Source: Candidatus Omnitrophota bacterium
Lineage (GTDB): Bacteria > Omnitrophota > Gorgyraeia > Gygaellales > Profunditerraquicolaceae
NCBI GenBank assembly: GCA_016208765.1
Contig: JACQXK010000001.1
Span: 218-64,217, forward strand
Length of the DNA: 64,000 bases
Direction: 5' to 3'
In this document: positions 56,664 to 64,000 of the stretch, in pieces
Position numbering within the stretch: position 1 is the first letter of the stretch
Layout: every line of letters starts with the position of its first letter
Notes under the pieces: model-generated
The model's database searches: none
What the model saw: the letters and a program-made list of their open reading frames with translations, nothing else
What the model was told of the DNA's origin: nothing
Position numbers and translations under genes: made by a program

Positions 56664-57236
56664 ATGGAAAAAGAAAACTTAACTGAATTAAAGCAAAAAT
56701 TACACGCGCTTTTAAACAAGGAAGCCTTAAAAAGAGGAAAATTCATTTTATCAAGCGGCAAAGAAAGTAATTATTATCTTGATGGAAGGGTAATTACTCT
56801 AACTCCGGAAGGCGCATATTTGGTCGGAAGTATTATTTTAGAAATGACTAATCAGGATAAACTGGATGCAATCGGCGGCCCGACGCTGGGAGCAGACCCG
56901 ATTGTAGGTTCAATTGCCTGCCTGGCTCATTTAAAGAATATTCCTCTTAAAACATTTATTGTGCGTAAAGCTGCTAAAGAGCATGGTACTCAGCGTCAGG
57001 TTGAAGGGCCTGCTTTAAAAGAAAAAGCCCGCGTAGTTTTGGTTGATGATGTGGCTACTACTGGCAAAGCCTTGATTGAGGCCAAACAGGCGCTTGATAA
57101 AATTGGCGTTATAGCAGAGAAAGCGATTGTGATTGTTGATCGTAATGAAGGCGGCGCAGAGAACTTAGCCAAAGCCGGCCTTAAGTTAGAATCAATCTTT
57201 AAAATAGAAGACTTTGGATTATCTGCTGTAAAATAA
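56664..57236 (+). CDS. pyrE: orotate phosphoribosyltransferase
   Basis: PRPP-binding motif VVLVDDVATTGKA. Confidence 0.85.
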   Translation: MEKENLTELKQKLHALLNKEALKRGKFILSSGKESNYYLDGRVITLTPEGAYLVGSIILEMTNQDKLDAIGGPTLGADPIVGSIACLAHLKNIPLKTFIVRKAAKEHGTQRQVEGPALKEKARVVLVDDVATTGKALIEAKQALDKIGVIAEKAIVIVDRNEGGAENLAKAGLKLESIFKIEDFGLSAVK

Positions 57237-57239
57237 CCA

Positions 57240-58487
57240 ATGGAACAAAATAAAAAAATTATCATTATAGGCGGGGGGCCGGCGGGGATGATGGCAGCTA
57301 TTCGTGCTGGCCAATTGCACCAGCAGGTGGTTCTTCTTGAGAAAAATGCAGGTCTTGGAAGAAAGCTTCTTTTAAGCGGCAAAGGAAGATGCAATTTAAC
57401 AAACGCCTGCAGTTTAGATGAATTCCTGGGGCACTTTTCCAAGAATGGCCAGTTTTTAAGGGATGCTTTTAAGAAATTCTTCAATCAGGATTTAATGAAT
57501 TTTTTTGAAGAAAGAGGCCTACCTGTAAAAGTTGAAAGGCAGATGCGCGTGTTTCCTGTGTCCGACAGGTCAGCCAGCATCCTTGATGTTCTGGAAAAAG
57601 AATTGATTAAGAATAATGTAGAGATAATTTTTAAAGCCAAAATAAAGAGTTTATCTGCCGTAGACAACAAGGTTAAAGGTTTATACTTGGCTGATGGCCA
57701 ATTTCTTCCGGCTGATAAAATAATTCTTGCCACCGGAGGCGTTTCTTTTTCGCTTACCGGGTCTACAGGAGATGGTTTTGAATTCTCCCGTAAACTGGGG
57801 CATACGGTTACTGCGTTTTCTCCGGGATTAGTGCCGTTAAAGACCGCAGATAAATTTGTTAAGAACCTTGAAGGCCTGACCCTAAAAAATGTTTTGATCA
57901 GGTTTTGTGACGGGAAAAGAGAAATTGTTTCGGATGTCGGAGAATTGTTATTTACTTTTTTCGGGATTTCCGGCCCCTTGGTTTTAGCTTTAAGCGGCAA
58001 AGTTGTTAATTGGTTGAAAGAAAATAAAAAAGTTCATGTTGAAATTGATTTGAAGCCCGGGTTATCAGAAGAGCAATTGAATAACCGCTTATTGCGTGAA
58101 TTTAGCAGTAATCCGAGGAAAAATATTAAAAATGTGCTAAAGGGTTTTTTGCCTTTGAGGATGGTTGATGTTTTTCTTGAAATTGCAAAAATTAATCCCG
58201 AGATCAGGGTAAATCAAATTAGCCGACAGGCTCGGGAGGGAATAACTAACCATTTAAAGGCTTTCCGGCTTGATATTGCCGGTTCGCTTCCTATTGAAGA
58301 GGCAATGGTTACCCAGGGTGGAGTTTTTTTAAAGGAGATTGACCCGCGCACTATGGAGTCGCGAAAGATAGATGGGTTATATTTTGCCGGTGAGATGATT
58401 GATGTTGACGCGGATACCGGAGGGTTTAATTTGCAGGCGGCATTTTCTACCGGTTATTTGGCAGGAGAAAGCGCTGCATTATCATGA
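57240..58487 (+). CDS. HI0933/BaiN-family NAD(P)/FAD-dependent flavoprotein
   Basis: GGGPAGMMAA dinucleotide-binding motif; family-typical C-terminus …GEMIDVDADTGGFNLQAAFSTG…. Confidence 0.8.
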   Translation: MEQNKKIIIIGGGPAGMMAAIRAGQLHQQVVLLEKNAGLGRKLLLSGKGRCNLTNACSLDEFLGHFSKNGQFLRDAFKKFFNQDLMNFFEERGLPVKVERQMRVFPVSDRSASILDVLEKELIKNNVEIIFKAKIKSLSAVDNKVKGLYLADGQFLPADKIILATGGVSFSLTGSTGDGFEFSRKLGHTVTAFSPGLVPLKTADKFVKNLEGLTLKNVLIRFCDGKREIVSDVGELLFTFFGISGPLVLALSGKVVNWLKENKKVHVEIDLKPGLSEEQLNNRLLREFSSNPRKNIKNVLKGFLPLRMVDVFLEIAKINPEIRVNQISRQAREGITNHLKAFRLDIAGSLPIEEAMVTQGGVFLKEIDPRTMESRKIDGLYFAGEMIDVDADTGGFNLQAAFSTGYLAGESAALS

Positions 58488-59848
58488 GAAAAATATATTT
58501 AGCAAGTGATTCAAAGGCGCGCAGAAAACTTTTTCGTATTTTTGGCTTAAAATTCCAGGTAATTCCAAGCAGGATTAAAGAGAAAGTGCTGACCGGAAAG
58601 TTATCTTTTGCCGCTTTAGCCAAACATAACGCATTGTTAAAAGCTAAAGCAGTCAGTCAGAAAATAAAAAGCGGAGTTGTTGTTGCCGCTGATACAATAA
58701 TTGTGCAGGATGGAAAGATTTTTGGAAAGCCAAACTCATTAAAAGATGCTAACTCAATGCTTAAAAAGCTTTCTAAAAAACCGCAGCAGCTTTATACTGG
58801 TTTAGTAGTGATTGATAAAGACAGCTCAAGAATAAAAACTTCAGTTGAAAAGACAAAAATTTACATGGATAAAATAAGCGACTCTGAAATAAGAAATTAT
58901 TTTAAGAATGTTTCCCCTCTGGATAAGGCAGGAAGTTTTGATATTCAGGGACAGGGGGCATTTTTTATCCGGCGGATTGAAGGTTGTTTTTATAATGTGG
59001 TGGGTTTGCCGCTACGTCGGTTGTATCTTATGTTCAAGGATTTAGGGATAAAGGTGTTTATGTTACTGGTTTGCGGCGCGGGGTTCGCGGCGTGCGTTTT
59101 TATTTCTGGATGCTCTACTGAATATAATGTTGTTACAGGGCAGGAAGAAACCTATTATTATTCTACTGATAGCGAGGAGAAAATGGGCCAGGCAATTGCC
59201 AAGCAGGTTGAAAAAGAATACAAAATGACTAATGACCCTTTGGTGCAAAAGCGGGTTGAAGATATTGGTAAGAAAATTGCTGCAGTTTGTGACAGAAAAG
59301 AAATTGATTATAAATTTAATGTGATAGAAGACGAAGAAGTAAATGCTGTTTCGCTTCCCGGCGGGTATGTTTATGTGAATAAGGGGCTGGTTGATAAGGT
59401 TGCTAATGACGACGAGCTGGCCGGAGTCCTGGCGCATGAAGTCGGGCATATTGTGGCGCGCCACAGCATAAAAAAATTACAGGCGATCCAGGGTTATTCA
59501 ATTTTGCGTATTTTGGTGGCGGCTGTGCCTTCAGGAGAAGCTGGAAGCGCAGGGCAAGCAGCAGATGCGGCATTTACCGAGGTAATGCTTGGTTATTCAA
59601 GAGAGGATGAGCTTTTAGCAGATCAATTGGCTGTCCGTTATTCCAAGGCAGCCGGGTATAATCCACATGCAATGATAGATTTTTTGAAAAAGCTTGAAGA
59701 AATAAATCGCCGAAAGCCTTTGCGGCCGAGGTCATATTATAAAACTCACCCTTATGTTCCTGATCGCATCAGGGTTGTGAAACAGGAATTGGGAGAGAAA
59801 ATAGGTTTTGACGACTATATAAATATTGAACAGACACCGCATAAATAA
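58484..59848 (+). CDS. maf: Maf-like nucleotide pyrophosphatase domain fused in-frame to an M48-family zinc-peptidase lipoprotein (possible internal start at 59060)
   Basis: Residues 1-192 are Maf (…LASDSKARRKLF…VVAADTII…GLPLRRLYLMFKDLGI). With no stop, the frame runs into MLLVCGAGFAACVFISGC, a lipoprotein signal with a lipobox whose ATG at 59060 is preceded by AAGGTG. An M48 domain with HEVGH follows (…LAHEVGHIVARH…). Confidence 0.55.
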   Translation: MRKIYLASDSKARRKLFRIFGLKFQVIPSRIKEKVLTGKLSFAALAKHNALLKAKAVSQKIKSGVVVAADTIIVQDGKIFGKPNSLKDANSMLKKLSKKPQQLYTGLVVIDKDSSRIKTSVEKTKIYMDKISDSEIRNYFKNVSPLDKAGSFDIQGQGAFFIRRIEGCFYNVVGLPLRRLYLMFKDLGIKVFMLLVCGAGFAACVFISGCSTEYNVVTGQEETYYYSTDSEEKMGQAIAKQVEKEYKMTNDPLVQKRVEDIGKKIAAVCDRKEIDYKFNVIEDEEVNAVSLPGGYVYVNKGLVDKVANDDELAGVLAHEVGHIVARHSIKKLQAIQGYSILRILVAAVPSGEAGSAGQAADAAFTEVMLGYSREDELLADQLAVRYSKAAGYNPHAMIDFLKKLEEINRRKPLRPRSYYKTHPYVPDRIRVVKQELGEKIGFDDYINIEQTPHK

Positions 59849-60896
59849 AGTAATATTTTTAATTGTCTTGGGCGTGGTGATGTTTTCCGGGTGTGCCTTT
59901 AGACAGAATGAGGAAGCTAGCATGAAAAGTCCTTTTGGAGTTTTGGAATTCTTACATTGGAGCCATGATTGGAATAAATGCAAATATTGTGATAAAAAAG
60001 ATCTTGAAAAATCAGTGAAACTTATGCGCGAAGCTGGAGTTGGTATTGTGCGCATGGATTTTTTGTGGGGAGATATTGAGCCGCAGCAGGGAAAATTTGA
60101 TTTTGCTAAATACGACGGAATTGTAAGTTTACTGCGTAAAAATAAAATTGAAATATTGGGTATTTTAAATTATAGCACTGATTGGGCATCGTCATGCGGT
60201 AAGTGGAATTGTCCGCCGAAGGATAATGCTTTGTTTGTTAATTATGCCCAGAAAGTAGTTGCCCGTTATAAAGGAAAAGTAAAATATTGGGAAGTCTGGA
60301 ATGAGCCTGATTCTCCGACCTATTGGATGCCGCAGGATGGGTTAAAGAGTTATTGCAAACTTTTAAAGGAAGTTTACATTGCTGCTAAAAAGATTGACCC
60401 AAAGTGTAAAATCCTAAACGGCGGGCTTGCCGAGGGGCCAAGCAGGGTAAATCTGCTTTATGACAACGGCGCAAGAGATTATTTTGATATTTTAAATATT
60501 CATATTTTTGAATCACCTTTAAACAGGAACCCTCTTCCGGCATTCAAGGCTTATATAAAATTAGCGCAAAAGATTATGGAAAGAAATGGCGATGAAAATA
60601 AGAAGATTTGGATAACTGAAATCGGCTGCCCAGGAGTGAAAAAAGGCATAAAGGTGAATAATTGGTGGCTGGGGGATAACCCTGATGAGGCTCAACAGGC
60701 AGAATTAGTTGCGCAAGTTTATACGGAGCTTATTAAGGAAAGAAGCCTTGAAAAGGTTTTCTGGGCGTTTTTTAGGGATTGTAAAGGGCATTGGGGCACA
60801 GGGGTGGATTATTTTGGGTTGGTGCGCTGGGATTTAAGCAAAAAACCTGCCTTTAATGCCTACAAGAAATGTTATAAAGATTTCTTGAAAGAGTAA
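59826..60896 (+). CDS. lipoprotein glycoside hydrolase, TIM-barrel (GH5/GH39-like clan A)
   Basis: Signal peptide/lipobox VMFSGCAF; acid/base WEVWNEPD; nucleophile region IWITEIGCPG. Confidence 0.65.
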   Translation: MNRHRINKVIFLIVLGVVMFSGCAFRQNEEASMKSPFGVLEFLHWSHDWNKCKYCDKKDLEKSVKLMREAGVGIVRMDFLWGDIEPQQGKFDFAKYDGIVSLLRKNKIEILGILNYSTDWASSCGKWNCPPKDNALFVNYAQKVVARYKGKVKYWEVWNEPDSPTYWMPQDGLKSYCKLLKEVYIAAKKIDPKCKILNGGLAEGPSRVNLLYDNGARDYFDILNIHIFESPLNRNPLPAFKAYIKLAQKIMERNGDENKKIWITEIGCPGVKKGIKVNNWWLGDNPDEAQQAELVAQVYTELIKERSLEKVFWAFFRDCKGHWGTGVDYFGLVRWDLSKKPAFNAYKKCYKDFLKE

Positions 60897-61112
60897 GGAA
60901 ATGTGTTATACTATAAAAAGTTGAGTTATTACAATTTGGGTGCCGGAATATCTTGATTTTGGAGGAGTCAAGATAAGCCACGTTAAGTAAATTTTCGTCC
61001 GGATTGACTTTAAAATGGTCAGTTCGGATTTTTTTATTTGTTAAAGAAAAAGATTTAAAAAGCCTAAATGAGTGAATATTTTGGTTAAATTATTCTAAGA
61101 AAGGAAGAAGAA

Positions 61113-62165
61113 ATGGTAAAGAAGATCTTATCTTGGGCGTTAGTAATCAGCTTTTGTTTCCAGCAAACCAGTTTTGCACAGATGGCTTTGGAATTAAATT
61201 TGGCAAGCCACTTTGCAAAAACACAGCCTGCTATCATTACAGACGTATTCCGTCCTGTGCATTTAAGGTATTTCTCTTATGACACTCTGCATAATAAGTT
61301 TAATATCATGCTTGATAAAGGCGATGCTAAAAACCTTCCCTCTCAAGAACTCCAGAATACCGGTAAAGATCTGTTAAGCTATTTCTTGGTAGGTGTAACC
61401 CTTCCTAATGAAGCTTTTTGGGTAAACTTGCGCCCTGATGCAGAAGATCAGGTAATTGATGAACTTTTAGCCCGCACTGATGTTGGTAAAATTATGCTTG
61501 AAGCAGACCTTCAGCTTAAAAAAGATACCTCTCTTTATACCTCTCCGCAAACACCCCAAGGCAAAGAATACTGGAGAAGGCTTTATAAAAAAGCAGAAGA
61601 GCTTTTTGGTTCTGATAATATCACTATTCCTACATTAACCCGTCCCTGGATTGTGCCGGGTGAAATTATTGTACGCGAGTCAAAAGACGGTTCTGCCTAT
61701 ATTTACAAGGCAACACTTAAAGTAATGCTTGAGCAGGATCATTTAAAGAACTCTGCAACTTATTCATTCAAAGACCCAAGGCAAAAAGAGCTGAATGAAT
61801 ATTCAAGTCAACTTATCCGTGAATTAATTATTTCTAATTTAACCAAAGAAGTAAATAGCTCTAAAAAATACGCAGAGCTTCGCCAGGTCTTTTATTCCTT
61901 AATTCTATCCAGGTGGTTTAAATCAAGGTTTGTTGGTAAAGCAGGAACCTACGCTTCCATGATCAACAAGAAAGATTTAACCAGCCTTAGCTCAAAAACC
62001 AATTGGTCAAAGCTTACCTATATAAGCGCCTACAAGAAGTCTTTTGCTGAAGGTGAATATAATATTAAGGAACCGGTTACTACTCCTTCGGGACAGGTAA
62101 TCAGAAGCTATTTTAGCGGTGGACTTGCTTTGGCGAACATGCTTCCCGGAGATGGATATGTTTAG
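61113..62165 (+). CDS. secreted hypothetical protein
   Basis: Signal peptide ending FAQMA; no recognisable catalytic motifs. Confidence 0.5.
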   Translation: MVKKILSWALVISFCFQQTSFAQMALELNLASHFAKTQPAIITDVFRPVHLRYFSYDTLHNKFNIMLDKGDAKNLPSQELQNTGKDLLSYFLVGVTLPNEAFWVNLRPDAEDQVIDELLARTDVGKIMLEADLQLKKDTSLYTSPQTPQGKEYWRRLYKKAEELFGSDNITIPTLTRPWIVPGEIIVRESKDGSAYIYKATLKVMLEQDHLKNSATYSFKDPRQKELNEYSSQLIRELIISNLTKEVNSSKKYAELRQVFYSLILSRWFKSRFVGKAGTYASMINKKDLTSLSSKTNWSKLTYISAYKKSFAEGEYNIKEPVTTPSGQVIRSYFSGGLALANMLPGDGYV

Positions 62166-64000
62166 TATTTCAGGGACTCCGGATGGAGTTGTTAGTTCAG
62201 CTGTTGTGGCAAGCAGTCCACAATTTACACAGTCCGCAGCCAGTTCCGCATTGAAAAAAGCAAAAAGCGGAAAAGATTTCGTTCATCTCTTTGGCCCCGG
62301 CTTAGCCTCTCCTAACACAAAAAGCACAGCGGAATTGAAAGAGCTATTGGGAGGCAAGGGTGAAGGCCTACTTTCAATGTCACTATTAGGATTGCCGGTT
62401 CCTCCGGGATTCACTATTGATACAAGGGTTTGCGAAGAATATTTAAAAACAGGGGAAATCCCACAATATATCAAAGAAGCAATTTTATGGGGATTGCGTG
62501 AACTTGAGAAAAAAACAGGTAAAAAGTTTGGCGATCCGGATAATCCGCTTTTTCTCTCGGGCCGTTCCGGAGCACGTATGTCTATGCCCGGAATGATGGA
62601 AACCGTATTAAACATCGGCTTAACCCTAATAACAATAAACGGCATGGTTAAGAAAACAAAAAACGAAAGATTTGTCTATGATGCTTATCGCCGCTTAATC
62701 ATGATGTATGCTGATGTGGTTATGGAAAAGGCTGAGGGTATTGAACCGGAAAAGGGCAAAGAAATCAGGGCTCAGCTTGAGTATATCATGGAAACAATGA
62801 AGCAGGAAAATAATTACAAAAAAGACACCGATTTTAGCGATAAGGACCTAAAATTGCTCTGTGGTTTGTTTAAGGTCAAGATCAGTGAAGTGTTTAAAAA
62901 GGATTTCCCTGATGATCCGTACGAACAACTCTGGGGAGTTGTTGGTGCGGTCTTTAAGAGTTGGAACGGAAAACGCGCGGTTGCATACCGTAATATCGAA
63001 AAAATTCCTCATCACTGGGGAACCGCGGTCAATATTCAGGCAATGGCTTTTGGAAATACAGGAGATAAATCTGCAACTGGCGTTGCATTTACCCGCAATC
63101 CGGCGAATGGTGATAATAAATTCTACGGAGAATGGTTGCCAAATGCACAAGGTGAAGATGTAGTCGCCGGGATCCGCACACCTTGGGCTCTAAATGAACA
63201 CTCAAAAAATGATGCAAATAGAGACCTTCCTACCCTTGAAGAAACAATGCCAGAGATCTATTCGCAATTACTAGAAATTAGAGAAGCTGTGGAAAAAAGG
63301 GATCCTAAAAAATTTGATATGCAGGATATTGAATTTACCATTGAAGATGGAGTACTTTATATGCTGCAGACCCGCGATGGAAAACGCAATGGCCCGGCAG
63401 CAGTAAAAATGGCCTTAGATATGTTGCGTGATGGCAAGATTTCAAAGAAGCAAGCAATTAAGCGCGTTAAGCCTGAACAGCTTCTGGAGATGTTGCTTCC
63501 AATTCTTGATCCGGACGCAGAGAAAAAGGTTGAAAAAATAGGAAAAGGTTTACCCGCAGGTCCCGGAGGAGCAGTTGGTCAAATCGTTTTTGACCCAGAT
63601 CGGGCCGAAGAGTTGGCAAAACAGGGCCAAAAAGTAATCCTTGTGCGCGAAGAAACCAGCCCCGAAGATATTCATGGCATGAAACCGGCTCAGGCGATTT
63701 TAACTGCTAAAGGAGGCATGACCTCTCATGCTGCTCTGGTTTGCCGTGGTTGGGGAAAATGCTGTGTTGTCGGTATTTCTGGTATGGAAATTGATTTTAA
63801 AAAGAGAACGGTTCGCCTCGACGACAAAGTCTTGAAAGAAGGCGACTGGGTTAGTGTGAATGGAACAAAAGGCCTTGTTTATGAAGGCAAACTTGAGACG
63901 AAAGATCCGGATCCAAATAATGAAGATTTTTTTGAATATCTGAAGTTATGCCGTTCGGTAAAAAAACTGGGTATCCGTGCTAATGTTGAAAGTTTACAAG
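62158..64000 (+). CDS. ppdK: pyruvate, phosphate dikinase (3'-partial; start uncertain)
   Basis: …LLGGKGEGLLSMSLLGLPVPPGFTI… ATP-grasp N-terminus; central phosphohistidine domain (…TAKGGMTSHAALVCRGWGKCCVVG…). The frame is open to the window end. Candidate starts are the ATG at 62158, overlapping the upstream stop, or the TTG at 62251, giving MKKAKSGKDFVHLFG. Confidence 0.85.
   Translation, partial: MFSISGTPDGVVSSAVVASSPQFTQSAASSALKKAKSGKDFVHLFGPGLASPNTKSTAELKELLGGKGEGLLSMSLLGLPVPPGFTIDTRVCEEYLKTGEIPQYIKEAILWGLRELEKKTGKKFGDPDNPLFLSGRSGARMSMPGMMETVLNIGLTLITINGMVKKTKNERFVYDAYRRLIMMYADVVMEKAEGIEPEKGKEIRAQLEYIMETMKQENNYKKDTDFSDKDLKLLCGLFKVKISEVFKKDFPDDPYEQLWGVVGAVFKSWNGKRAVAYRNIEKIPHHWGTAVNIQAMAFGNTGDKSATGVAFTRNPANGDNKFYGEWLPNAQGEDVVAGIRTPWALNEHSKNDANRDLPTLEETMPEIYSQLLEIREAVEKRDPKKFDMQDIEFTIEDGVLYMLQTRDGKRNGPAAVKMALDMLRDGKISKKQAIKRVKPEQLLEMLLPILDPDAEKKVEKIGKGLPAGPGGAVGQIVFDPDRAEELAKQGQKVILVREETSPEDIHGMKPAQAILTAKGGMTSHAALVCRGWGKCCVVGISGMEIDFKKRTVRLDDKVLKEGDWVSVNGTKGLVYEGKLETKDPDPNNEDFFEYLKLCRSVKKLGIRANVESLQ

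Noticed and set aside
62283-63163. Three small ORFs on both strands inside ppdK
   Set aside because: They are shadow frames of a highly conserved PPDK coding region.
1-64000. tRNA, rRNA or tmRNA genes in intergenic gaps (775-1040, 34109-34294, 47950-48096, 48892-49255, 60897-61112)
   Set aside because: None of the gaps contains a cloverleaf-compatible 70-90-nt segment with a GTTC-like T-loop and acceptor-stem pairing. The gaps are either AT-rich promoter-like sequence or the inverted-repeat element described above.

Overview
The window is a roughly 64 kb, AT-rich bacterial chromosomal segment, almost all coding on the + strand. It mixes an outer-membrane (diderm) toolkit (LolCDE, MlaEFD, LptFG) with strongly Firmicutes-like gene order: mcsA-mcsB-clpC, radA-yacL-ispD-ispF-cysE-cysS, and tmk-holB-ricT-metG-tatD. 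Housekeeping genes fill 1-34.1 kb and 56.6-64 kb (lysS, cysS, metG, alr, pyrE, tsaEB, thiL, mtnA, a 3'-partial ppdK and others).

Two accessory blocks stand out:

(A) 34.3-49.2 kb. This block holds an excisionase-family HTH gene, then a KS(degenerate)-FabZ-KS-ACP-KS condensing-enzyme cassette. A secreted tandem-repeat protein follows and is translationally coupled to a 2285-aa SpvB/FG-GAP/RHS (TcB-TcC-like 'BC') polymorphic toxin. The toxin ends in an uncharacterised glycine-zipper C-terminal tip and is followed by a signal-peptide immunity candidate, a methyltransferase and an orphan RHS scar. The RHS gene carries two identical 27-nt GC-rich palindromic inserts about 1.1 kb apart, and its codon usage differs from the backbone.

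(B) 49.2-56.7 kb. This block holds an AbiEii-like nucleotidyltransferase (NTase) with an in-frame TAA and a downstream HTH-XRE partner, and a frameshifted CrtI-family oxidoreductase. A multi-TM/GAF histidine kinase follows, separated from its response regulator by an intact AbiEi/AbiEii module that has a consensus promoter and a palindromic operator. Last comes an unusual protein made of a duplicated unknown module plus a C-terminal ACP domain.

Other oddities: a ~180-bp nested inverted-repeat element (779-957), an ECF ABC ATPase with a His-rich tail, HtpX with an EF-hand-like loop, and Maf fused in-frame to an M48 lipoprotein peptidase. No rRNA, tRNA or CRISPR was recognised.
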